Shown here one piece after another: positions 10,527-20,191 of a stretch of DNA of 64,000 nt (position 1 is the first letter of the stretch; the number at the start of each line of letters is the position of its first letter). The stretch is taken from contig CAXXLV010000002.1 in assembly GCA_963664305.2 (NCBI GenBank), forward strand, positions 1,716,428 to 1,780,427. The letters are read 5' to 3'. The stretch comes from an uncultured Aliarcobacter sp. GTDB lineage: Bacteria > Campylobacterota > Campylobacteria > Campylobacterales > Arcobacteraceae. The translations under genes were made by a program, and so were the position numbers. The notes under the pieces are model-generated. The model saw nothing but the letters and a program-made list of their open reading frames with translations, ran no database searches and was not told where the DNA came from.

Positions 10527-11053
10527 TATTTAATTACAAATGTTGTAAATAGTATAGTTTGTACACTATTTCTTGCGATTTTACTATCAGATGAAGTAAC
10601 ATTATTAATAACGTTATTTATATCTTGAATCAACTCATCTTTTAATAAATTTTTACCACCAACAGTTAATAATTCTTCTGAACTTCTTGCACTTATTTGA
10701 GAAATTACTACATCAATAATTTCAGCTTTATATTGTTCAACAACAGCTGCAATTGTTGGCTCTGTACTTTTAATTGAAAAAGATAATTTCATTAATTTCT
10801 CTTTTCCCCTTGAATCAGTTAAATTAAGTACTAAATCATTAATATCAGCTTTATAAGAATCACCTTTATCAGATGCTTCAGGTTTAACTTCTTCTTGTGT
10901 TGCTTGATTATTACCATTTAAAACACCTTGTGAATATAAGAAATATCCTCCACCCACAACAGCTAATAATAAAACTACAACTAGAGCAATTAATACAATA
11001 ATTAAACCTTTTCCTCCACCAGAACTTTTAACTTCTTGATTCTCTTCTGCCAT
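10526..11053 (-). CDS. fliL: Flagellar basal body-associated protein FliL
   Basis: TM anchor followed by LVLNLTD, IIDVVISQISARSSEELLTVGGKNLLKDEL, ILFTTFVIK; ATG at 11053 has an RBS. Confidence 0.92.
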   Translation of the reverse strand: MAEENQEVKSSGGGKGLIIVLIALVVVLLLAVVGGGYFLYSQGVLNGNNQATQEEVKPEASDKGDSYKADINDLVLNLTDSRGKEKLMKLSFSIKSTEPTIAAVVEQYKAEIIDVVISQISARSSEELLTVGGKNLLKDELIQDINNVINNVTSSDSKIARNSVQTILFTTFVIK

Positions 11054-11054
11054 A

Positions 11055-11540
11055 CTAATCCTTTTTTTCACTTTCTACATTATAATTTTCAAGTTTTTGA
11101 GTAATTATAGATGCATTTGTAACACTTAAAAATTTCAATATTTGCGTTACATTACTTTCTTTTAATTTTAAAAGTATATCAAAAACATCATCAATTTTGC
11201 CTTCATTTATCATCTGATCAAAAATATCAGCTGCATTTTTTGGCTTCATCGCATTATAAATTTTAGAAGTTTTACTTTCAACTTCAGCTTTAATATCTTG
11301 CAAAATTTGAAGATTATCATCATGTAATTTTTTTATTTGATTTTTCTCTTTTTCAATTTGAGCAAGAATATTTTCTAACTCTTTTTTTCTATCTTGATAC
11401 TCTTTTTCTTTTTCATTATAAAAATTATTTAATTCTTTTTTTAATTCCATAACTTCAATTTTTTGTCTTGTTAAAGAACTACTAGTTTCTTCTGCATTTA
11501 AAAAAACTCCTAATAAAAGTAATATTATAATTTTTTTCAT
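11055..11540 (-). CDS. MotE/FlbB-like (MgtE N-domain) periplasmic flagellar protein
   Basis: Signal peptide, coiled coil, then KIYNAMKPKNAADIF motif typical of MotE-family proteins; alternative TTG start at 11549. Confidence 0.7.
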   Translation of the reverse strand: MKKIIILLLLGVFLNAEETSSSLTRQKIEVMELKKELNNFYNEKEKEYQDRKKELENILAQIEKEKNQIKKLHDDNLQILQDIKAEVESKTSKIYNAMKPKNAADIFDQMINEGKIDDVFDILLKLKESNVTQILKFLSVTNASIITQKLENYNVESEKKD

Positions 11541-11552
11541 TAAATTCAATTT

Positions 11553-11969
11553 TTATCCTTTTATATATTTACTTTGCATATATTCATTTGCAGCTTCTTC
11601 TTCTGCAAGTAATACCTTTTTAAACGCTTCTTTTTTTTCTTCATCAAGAATATATTTAAATTGTTCAGCTTCTTTTTGAAGTTCTAATATCTCTTTTACT
11701 AAAATTTGAACTTGTTTAATTAGAATTTCTTCTTCTTTTCTTAATTTTTGTATGTGCATCTTCATCGTATTTTTATGTATAGTTAATATCATAAAATCTG
11801 AAATTGCACCATGTTTTTCAACACTAGCAGTATCTATTTTATTTTGAGTAAATGCAATTTCTAAATTAATTTGCTCAATTTTAGATTCTAACTGTGCTTT
11901 TTGTACTAATTTTTGATCTGTTTGATTTTTTTTTAGATTATATAGTTTTTGAATCAATTTAATTTCCAA
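11553..11969 (-). CDS. fliJ: Flagellar export protein FliJ-like
   Basis: About 138-aa all-coiled-coil protein with EAEQFKYI..EE..EEEAANE pattern, inside a flagellar operon. Confidence 0.6.
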   Translation of the reverse strand: MEIKLIQKLYNLKKNQTDQKLVQKAQLESKIEQINLEIAFTQNKIDTASVEKHGAISDFMILTIHKNTMKMHIQKLRKEEEILIKQVQILVKEILELQKEAEQFKYILDEEKKEAFKKVLLAEEEAANEYMQSKYIKG

Positions 11970-12219
11970 ATACTAATATCAAATTCCATAAATCTTTTGT
12001 ATATGTTTCAATATGATCTCCAATCCAAGGAAGAGATATCAAAATAAAAGCTGAAACAAATATCATTTTTGGAACAAATGTTAAAGAAGCATCACTTACT
12101 TGTGTAACAGCTTGAAAAATAGAAATTATAAGTCCAATTATCATACTTACAATTAATGAAGGCAATCCTAAAATTAGAATTATTTTTACTGTATTTTCAG
12201 AAATTGCTATTAAATCCAT
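11959..12219 (-). CDS. fliQ: Flagellar biosynthesis protein FliQ
   Basis: IGLIISIFQAVTQVSDASLTFVPKM motif. Confidence 0.96.
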   Translation of the reverse strand: MDLIAISENTVKIILILGLPSLIVSMIIGLIISIFQAVTQVSDASLTFVPKMIFVSAFILISLPWIGDHIETYTKDLWNLILVFGN

Positions 12220-12221
12220 AC

Positions 12222-13427
12222 CTAATCTTTAAGTTTTATAGTTATCTCTAACGTTTTATTATTTAATAGTTTTGAAATTAATAATGACAATTCATCGATA
12301 TTAGAACTAGAAACATTTAGTGTTTCATTATTGATTTTTTGTATTTCCGTTTTTGTCTCTATTTTTTCATTACTAATACTATTATCACTTGTAGTAATAT
12401 TTAAAGCTTCTAACAAATCTTTTTCATTTAAAGAGTCTAATTCAAAAAATTCATCATCACCCATTTTTTCTCCTTTTAGAGGCTCTTTTTTCTCTATCTT
12501 AATTTCATCTTCATCTTTTTGAGAGAAGTCAAAATCTTCAAACTTTTCTTCTATTTCTTCTTCAATATCGTCTTCTATAGTATTTTTTTCTTCATCTTTT
12601 TTTGAAAAGATTTCATCTAAAAAATTCACATCATCAAATATTTCTTCAACATTATCTTCATTTTCAATATTTTCTTCATCTAGATTTTCATCAAGAAAAT
12701 TTGATAAGAAATCTTCATCACTGACAACTTCTCCCTTATCATTTAAAATATCTTCGTCATCATAGTCAAATGATATATTATTTAATCCAAAATTATCATT
12801 AAAATCAACTAGGTCACTATCTGAATTATTTTTTTCTTCTGTACCAATAAGATTTTCTAATTCATCAAGATTTACTCCACCATTCATTGAACCAAATATA
12901 TCATCTAAATTATCATCGTTATTTATCTCTGGCTCTTTTGTTTCTATATTATTTTCTTGATATTCAAAGCTTTCTAAAGGTTCTTCTTTAGCCAAAAGCA
13001 TAGCTAATTCATCATCTAATTCAATTTTTTCTTTGTTTTCTTCTTCTTTAACTTCTACTTTTTCTTCTTTTTCGACTTCTAATGCCCTATCTTCTTCGTA
13101 TTTTTTTAATATATATTTTGGGATTTCTTTTAGTGAATTAATTGATAAGTCAGCGATTCCACTATCAAGTAAAAACTCTTCCTCAATTGCATCTTTAGGA
13201 GTTAAAAATTTTATTTTTTTATTTAATGAATTCTTTTTAATAATTTTTTCATCATCAATTAAATATATTTCTTTAGGGTTATTTGTAATAGTTTCTTTCA
13301 ATTCTCTTAAAGAATTTATCTCTTTTATATGAGAATTTCCATCAAGTTTAAATTTAATATTTGAATGTTCTAATGTTTCTATAATCTCTTTTTTAAAACT
13401 TTGATTACCATAAATATAAATATTCAA
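12222..13427 (-). CDS. Hypothetical highly acidic protein heading the fliQ operon
   Basis: 401-aa ORF; folded-looking N-terminal ~110 aa, long D/E/N-rich low-complexity middle, C-terminal KTLEITIKLKD. Confidence 0.75.
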   Translation of the reverse strand: MNIYIYGNQSFKKEIIETLEHSNIKFKLDGNSHIKEINSLRELKETITNNPKEIYLIDDEKIIKKNSLNKKIKFLTPKDAIEEEFLLDSGIADLSINSLKEIPKYILKKYEEDRALEVEKEEKVEVKEEENKEKIELDDELAMLLAKEEPLESFEYQENNIETKEPEINNDDNLDDIFGSMNGGVNLDELENLIGTEEKNNSDSDLVDFNDNFGLNNISFDYDDEDILNDKGEVVSDEDFLSNFLDENLDEENIENEDNVEEIFDDVNFLDEIFSKKDEEKNTIEDDIEEEIEEKFEDFDFSQKDEDEIKIEKKEPLKGEKMGDDEFFELDSLNEKDLLEALNITTSDNSISNEKIETKTEIQKINNETLNVSSSNIDELSLLISKLLNNKTLEITIKLKD

Positions 13428-13517
13428 TATATAAACCCTACAAAATAATTTTATTATGATTGATTATACCTTTTTTTATTAAATTTTCGATAAAATAAAT
13501 CTAACTAATAATGGAGG

Positions 13518-14573
13518 ATGATATTGAAATATTTTTTCATCGTAACACTTTTTTTATCATCTTTGTATTCGCAAACTATCAAAGATATTTCAAATGTAAT
13601 AGGAATAAGAGAAAATCAGCTTATTGGTTATGGCTTAATTGTTGGACTTCCAGGTACTGGAGACAAATCAAAATTTACTATGCAATCATTACAAAATCTT
13701 TTAAGAAATTCTTATATAAAAATTCCAGCCGGGTCTATTAACTCTAAAAATATTGCTGCTGTTATGGTTACAGCTGATTTACCACCATTTTCTAGACAAG
13801 GTGATAAAATAAAAGTTAAAGTATCAACTATTGGAGATGCAAAATCTATCGATAATGGAGAACTTTTAATTACTCAATTAAAAGGTGTTGATGGAAATGT
13901 TTATGCATTAGCACAAGGTACTATTTTGGCTAATGAAAACAATAAAACAACAGGTTTTATCTATGATGGAGCAACTGTTGAGAATGAAATAGATTTTAAT
14001 CTAAGAGATGAAACTTCTTTACAATTAAGTTTATTAAAAAATTCTGCTAAAAATGCAGATTTAATTGAAACAAAAATAAATGAAAAATTTGGTAAAAAAT
14101 TAGCTACTGCACTTGATACAAGAACAATTGAAGTAAAAAAACCTACAGATATTTCAATGGTGAAATTTTTAGCACTTGTTCAAAATATTGAGTTAGACTC
14201 TACATTTAAAAAGAAACTTATTATTGATGTTAGTAGAGAATCTGTTATAACTGGTGGTGATATTCCAATTGATCCAGTTACAATCGTAAGAGATAAATTT
14301 ACAATTAAAATTGCAAAAACGGATTTAGATAACAATCAATGGAATGACCAAAAAGAGAATCCAGGAGTTAGTGTTGATAAAAATATTAAAATTGCAGATA
14401 AACCTATAATTAATATAGACAATGCAATGATTAATACAAAAGGAACACCAACTATTTCAGATTTAGTTCGTTCTATGAAAGTAATGAAGCTTCCAATGAC
14501 AGAAATAATTGACACTATAAAAATGATAAAAGAAATGGGTGCAATTGATGTTGATATTGAGGTAAGAGGATAA
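13518..14573 (+). CDS. flgI: Flagellar P-ring protein FlgI
   Basis: Signal peptide, IRENQLIGYGLIVGLPGTGD, KNIAAVMVTADLPPF, YALAQG. Confidence 0.96.
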   Translation: MILKYFFIVTLFLSSLYSQTIKDISNVIGIRENQLIGYGLIVGLPGTGDKSKFTMQSLQNLLRNSYIKIPAGSINSKNIAAVMVTADLPPFSRQGDKIKVKVSTIGDAKSIDNGELLITQLKGVDGNVYALAQGTILANENNKTTGFIYDGATVENEIDFNLRDETSLQLSLLKNSAKNADLIETKINEKFGKKLATALDTRTIEVKKPTDISMVKFLALVQNIELDSTFKKKLIIDVSRESVITGGDIPIDPVTIVRDKFTIKIAKTDLDNNQWNDQKENPGVSVDKNIKIADKPIINIDNAMINTKGTPTISDLVRSMKVMKLPMTEIIDTIKMIKEMGAIDVDIEVRG

Positions 14574-14574
14574 T

Positions 14575-15672
14575 ATGGCTGAATTTTTAAGTCAAGATGA
14601 AATTGATGCACTTTTAGATATTGCAGAACAAGGGGAAGATATTGATGGTAGTAATCCTCTTGATAAAGTTGTTTCAAAAGAAAAAAATTACTCAATCTAT
14701 GACTTTAAAAAACCAAATAGGATTACTGTTGAACAACTAAAAGCATTTTCAACAATGCATGATAAGATGTTGAGAGATTTTATCAACGATTTATCATCAA
14801 TGCTTAGAAAACTTGTAGATGTAAAATTATATTCAATTGAACAGATGACTTATGGTGAATTTATTTTATCTATTCCTCAAATTACATCTTTAAATACTTT
14901 ATCTATCAAACCACTTGATGGAAGAATTGTAATTGAGTGTAACCCTGCCATTTCACATAAAATTATTGCTGATTTATTAGGTTCTGGAGCTGTAAATACT
15001 ACAGACAATATTGATAGAGAATTAACAGAGATTGAAGTTGAAATTCTTGAACATTTTTATAAAATGTTTATTAGAATTTTATATAAAACTTGGAGTGATA
15101 TTTCAAGTCTTAATTTTAAAATTGAGTCAAGAGATACAAATGCAAATGCAATTCAAATTGTATCTGACCATGAAATTGTTCTACTTGTTGTTTTAGAAAT
15201 TACAATTGATGAAGAATCTGGGTTTTTATCTATTTGTTATCCTATCTCATATTTTGAACCATTATTAAATAAAATTGTTGAAAAGATTTTTACTGAAGGA
15301 AAAAATAGAAAAACAAGTAGAAAAAGAGATATTAAAACCTTGATTTCTGGTGCTAGAATGAGAATAGAATCAATTATGGCAGAAACAGAACTTACAACAC
15401 AAGAAATTTTAAATTTAAAAGAAGACGATGTTATCGTATTTAATAAAAATGCTACATCATCATCAGCTACAATTTATATTAATAAAAAAGAAAAATTCTC
15501 TGCAGTATCAGGAATATCAAATAATAGAAAAGCTATTCAAATAAAAGCTAATTTAGATAGAGAAAAACAAGAAACTTTAGATACATTAAGAGCAATGAGA
15601 GAAGAAAGAGAAATAAAAGCAAAAGAGACTGCTGAAAATATTAGAAAACTTTTAAACCAAAGAAATAGTTAA
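14575..15672 (+). CDS. fliM: Flagellar motor switch protein FliM
   Basis: CheY-binding LSQDEIDALL, YDFKKPNR, EQMTYGEFILSIP, RELTEIE. Confidence 0.96.
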   Translation: MAEFLSQDEIDALLDIAEQGEDIDGSNPLDKVVSKEKNYSIYDFKKPNRITVEQLKAFSTMHDKMLRDFINDLSSMLRKLVDVKLYSIEQMTYGEFILSIPQITSLNTLSIKPLDGRIVIECNPAISHKIIADLLGSGAVNTTDNIDRELTEIEVEILEHFYKMFIRILYKTWSDISSLNFKIESRDTNANAIQIVSDHEIVLLVVLEITIDEESGFLSICYPISYFEPLLNKIVEKIFTEGKNRKTSRKRDIKTLISGARMRIESIMAETELTTQEILNLKEDDVIVFNKNATSSSATIYINKKEKFSAVSGISNNRKAIQIKANLDREKQETLDTLRAMREEREIKAKETAENIRKLLNQRNS

Positions 15673-15686
15673 TTTATAACTATTTC
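15662..15686. terminator. Hairpin between convergent fliM and pyrC
   Basis: GAAATAGTTA-ATTTA-TAACTATTTC followed by a T-run on the + strand. Confidence 0.55.
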
Positions 15687-15691
15687 CTTTT

Positions 15692-16719
15692 TTAATTGAT
15701 ACTTTCAATACTCCATGAAATTGTTTCTCCTGCATACATAGGAACTACATTTTCATTTTTATATTCATAAATTGCTGGAACTACAAAATCTTTTTTAACT
15801 AGCTTAATAGTTTTTTTCTCTAAAGATAAATTATAGATTCTTTTTGCGTTTAATGATACAAAAGCATTTAATTTATCAAGTGCATTGTGTTTTTCAAAAA
15901 GTTCTGTTAAGACTTGTAAAGCAATTGGTGAAGTAAATACACCTGCTGCACAACCACAACACTCTTTTTTATGTTTTGGATGAGGTGCAGAATCGCTTCC
16001 AAACATAAGTTTTGGATGAGCTTTTAATGCTGCATTTAATAATGCACTTCTATCTTCAGGTCTTTTTGCAATTGGTTTACAGAATAGATGAGGATTTAAC
16101 ATTCCTCCTGCAACATCATCAAGTGTAATTATTAAATGATGAAGAGTAACTGTTGCAAATAGATTGTCGTATTTATCCAATAATTCAATAGCATCTTTTG
16201 TTGTAATATGTTCCATAATGATTTTTAAATCAGGAAATGCTTTTGCAATTGATTCATAAATTGGCATAAATTCTTTTTCTCTATCCATTACAAATCCATT
16301 TGTTTCACCATGAATACATAATGGAATACCTAACTTACTCATAGATTCTAAAGTTGGTCTTAAAACTTCAACATCCATTGAAGCAACACCTGTTTCTGAA
16401 TTAGTAGTAATTCCAGCAGGATAAAGTTTAATTCCAATAATATCATTTTTTACATCTGATAAAAATTCATATGAATAATCATTTTTAAAAAATAATGTTA
16501 CAAAAGGCTCAAATTTATCATCTTTACAAGCTTCTTTAATTCTATCTTTATAAGCTAATAATGCCTCTTTTGTAGTAACTGGTGGTACTAAATTTGGCAT
16601 AATTAATGCACCACTAAATGTTTTAGAAGTTAATGGACCTACTAGTTTTAACATATCTGCATCTCTTAAATGCAAATGCATATCTAATGGTTCATTAATT
16701 TCAAATGTCAATTCAGCCA

Positions 16720-16720
<1 letters not shown>
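15692..16720 (-). CDS. pyrC: Dihydroorotase (type II)
   Basis: [40 protein letters not shown]. Confidence 0.97.
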
Positions 16721-17076
<356 letters not shown>

Positions 17077-17105
17077 TTAATATATTTTAACAAAAATTTA
17101 TTAAA

Positions 17106-17140
17106 TTAATATTATCTAGCAAATTGTTAGATAATATTAA
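17106..17140 (-). terminator. Hairpin downstream of the second amt gene
   Basis: TTAATATTATCTA-gcaaattgt-TAGATAATATTAA, 13-bp perfect arms just after the amt stop. Confidence 0.65.
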
Positions 17141-17145
17141 CTATT

Positions 17146-18333
17146 TTAAAATGCACGTTTAAATTCTGGATAAGCTTCAATTCCACACTCATCAACATCT
17201 AATCCTTGCATCTCTTCATCATTACCTGCTCTTAAAGGTATAATTTTATTAATAATAAATAAAACTATATATGAACTCACAAATGCAAATATTGCTACTA
17301 TTGCTATTCCTTTTAATTGACCTAGTAATGTTATATCATCTCCATTTGATGCAAAAATTCCAACAGCAATTGTTCCCCAAATTCCATTTACAAGGTGAAC
17401 AGACAATGCTCCAACTGGATCATCAATTCTTAATTTATCAAATGTTGAAACTCCAATTACAACTAATACTCCACCTATTGCACCTATTAAAATTGGTGTA
17501 TAAATATCATAAAGGTCTGGACCAGCTGTTATTGCAACTAAACCACCTAATGCTCCATTTAAAATCATAGTTAAATCTAGTTTTTTATACATTATTTGCA
17601 TAATTATTGCAACAATAATTGCTCCACTTAAACCAGCTGTATTTGTATTCATTATTGTAAGTGCAACTAAATCTGCATTTTCTTTTGATGCAATAGAACC
17701 TACACTTCCACCATTAAATCCAAACCAACCAATCCATAATAAAAATGCACCTAAAGTAACTAAAGGAATATTTGAAGCAGGAATAACTCTGATTCCACCT
17801 TCAGGAGTATATCTTCCACGTCTAGCACCAATAATTAATATTGCAGCTAATAGTGCCCATCCACCAGTACTATGAATTACAGTTGAACCAGCTAAGTCAT
17901 ACATAGATAATTCTAAAATTGTTCCTTCTAGAAAATTTGCTCCCCAAGTAACATTTACAACTAATGGATATAAAACAGCAGCCATTACAATTGTAAATAT
18001 AGCTAATGGTACTACTTTTGCTCTTTCACTTACTCCACCACTCATAATGTTTATAACTTTACCAACAAATGCCATTTGGAATAAAAAAGCAGCATATTTA
18101 CTCATTGTATCACTTCCTAATTCACCAAATGCAAGTGAATAACCAAACAATAAAAAAGATAGTGATGCGATTGCATAAATAAGTGTATTTATAGTTAATA
18201 CTGCTGTAACATTTTTTGTTCGAACAATTCCTGCTTCTAACATTGCAAAACCAGGTACCATGAAAATGATTAATGTCATTGCAAAGATTGCATACAGAGT
18301 ATCAATAACGTAAGATAATGATTCTATACCCAT
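17146..18333 (-). CDS. amt: Ammonium transporter (Amt family), divergent second copy
   Basis: PGFAMLEAG, DLAGSTVIHSTGG, LWIGWFGFNGGS, IDDPVGALSVHL. Confidence 0.95.
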   Translation of the reverse strand: MGIESLSYVIDTLYAIFAMTLIIFMVPGFAMLEAGIVRTKNVTAVLTINTLIYAIASLSFLLFGYSLAFGELGSDTMSKYAAFLFQMAFVGKVINIMSGGVSERAKVVPLAIFTIVMAAVLYPLVVNVTWGANFLEGTILELSMYDLAGSTVIHSTGGWALLAAILIIGARRGRYTPEGGIRVIPASNIPLVTLGAFLLWIGWFGFNGGSVGSIASKENADLVALTIMNTNTAGLSGAIIVAIIMQIMYKKLDLTMILNGALGGLVAITAGPDLYDIYTPILIGAIGGVLVVIGVSTFDKLRIDDPVGALSVHLVNGIWGTIAVGIFASNGDDITLLGQLKGIAIVAIFAFVSSYIVLFIINKIIPLRAGNDEEMQGLDVDECGIEAYPEFKRAF

Positions 18334-18394
18334 AATATTCCTTCTTGTTTTTCGAATATTATAACAGTATATTTTTTATAATTAGAGTTTAAAT

Positions 18395-18411
18395 TGTTTA
18401 AATTTTATACA
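18395..18411. promoter_or_regulatory. 17-bp palindromic regulator site upstream of second amt
   Basis: TGTTTAAATTTTATACA, 31 nt from extended -10 TGTTATAAT (hexamer 18363-18358, minus strand). Confidence 0.7.
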
Positions 18412-18412
18412 A

Positions 18413-18443
18413 TATAGTAAGGAAAGGTTATTTCCTTACTATA
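18413..18443 (-). terminator. Hairpin terminator after glnK
   Basis: TATAGTAAGGAAA-GGTTA-TTTCCTTACTATA, 13-bp perfect stem. Confidence 0.7.
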
Positions 18444-18453
18444 AGTAGAAAAA

Positions 18454-18795
<342 letters not shown>

Positions 18796-18805
18796 TTATC
18801 CTTAA

Positions 18806-20020
18806 TTATGCTCTTTTAAATTCTGGATAAGCTTCTAATCCAGTTTCATGAATGTCAAGACCATTTACTTCAGTTTCTTCATCAACTCTTAATCCAATAA
18901 TTAGGTCTAAGATTTTCCATACAATGAACGATGAGATGAATACAAACGCACCAATAACAACTATACCTTTAACTTGTGCTAATAAAGCAACTTCTGGATT
19001 GAAAATACCAACCGCTAATGTTCCCCAAATACCTGCAACTAAGTGAACAGATAATGCTCCAACTGGATCATCAATTCTAATTTTATCAAAGAATGGTACT
19101 GCAAATACAACTAATGCTCCACCAATTAAACCTTCAATAAACGCAATGTTCATACCTAAATCAGGACCTGCTGTACAAGAAACAAGACCAGCTAATGCAC
19201 CATTTAAAACCATAGTTAAATCAACTTTTTTATAGATAAGTTGAGTTAAAATAGCAGCCATAATAGCACCTGCACAAGCAGCCATATTTGTACTTGCAAC
19301 TACTGAAGCAATTCCATCAATATCTTCTTTTGAACCTAATGCTAATTGAGAACCACCATTAAATCCGAACCATCCCATCCATAAAATAAATGTACCTAAA
19401 GTAGCTAATGGTAAATTAGAACCAGGCATTGGTTTTACTTGACCATCTTTAGTATATTTACCTTTTCTAGCACCTAGAATTAATACACCAGCTAAAGCAG
19501 CCCATCCACCAACAGAGTGAACAATTGTTGAACCAGCAAAGTCAGAGAATCCAGCGATTAAACCACCTAATTCTGTTCCTCCCCATGTCCAGTGACCTTG
19601 AATTGGGTAAATTAAACCAGATAATACTACTGTAAATATTAAGAAAGGCCATAATTTCATTCTTTCAGCAATTGTTCCTGAAACAACTGATGCAGCTGTT
19701 GCAACAAACACTACTTGGAAGAAGAAATCCGCCATTACTGGATATCCTAATGCTTCACTTGTTTTACCAGAAAGCATTGCACCACTTCCAATGAATGCAC
19801 TTCCTTCACCATACATGAAGTTGTATCCTACAAAGTAGAACATAATACAAGAAATTGCAAATAACACAACATTTTTAGTTAAAACTGTTGCAGTATTTTT
19901 TGTTCTTGTTAATCCTGATTCTAACATTGCAAAACCAGCTGCCATCCACATTACAAGGATTCCTGCGAACACAAACAGAAAACCATCTAAAATATATTTT
20001 ACATCAGTAAAATTTTCCAT
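18806..20020 (-). CDS. amtB: Ammonium transporter AmtB
   Basis: AGFAMLESG, FFFQVVF, HWTWGG, DFAGSTIVHSVGG, WFGFNGGS, DDPVGALSVHL. Confidence 0.96.
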   Translation of the reverse strand: MENFTDVKYILDGFLFVFAGILVMWMAAGFAMLESGLTRTKNTATVLTKNVVLFAISCIMFYFVGYNFMYGEGSAFIGSGAMLSGKTSEALGYPVMADFFFQVVFVATAASVVSGTIAERMKLWPFLIFTVVLSGLIYPIQGHWTWGGTELGGLIAGFSDFAGSTIVHSVGGWAALAGVLILGARKGKYTKDGQVKPMPGSNLPLATLGTFILWMGWFGFNGGSQLALGSKEDIDGIASVVASTNMAACAGAIMAAILTQLIYKKVDLTMVLNGALAGLVSCTAGPDLGMNIAFIEGLIGGALVVFAVPFFDKIRIDDPVGALSVHLVAGIWGTLAVGIFNPEVALLAQVKGIVVIGAFVFISSFIVWKILDLIIGLRVDEETEVNGLDIHETGLEAYPEFKRA

Positions 20021-20086
20021 AAGACTCCTTTGTCAATTTATCTAATCAAATTATAGGAATTTTTAAACAATATGTAAACATATAGT

Positions 20087-20103
20087 TGTATAAATTTTAT
20101 ACA
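20087..20103. promoter_or_regulatory. Perfect 17-bp palindromic regulator site upstream of amtB-glnK
   Basis: TGTATAAA-T-TTTATACA, 31 nt from minus-strand TATAAT at 20055-20050. Confidence 0.75.
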
Positions 20104-20191
20104 TTATGCTTGTTTTTTATTTTTATACTTTACTAATTGAAAAATTTAAATTTTTTATTATATAATATCTATAAATTAAAATTGCGAAAAA

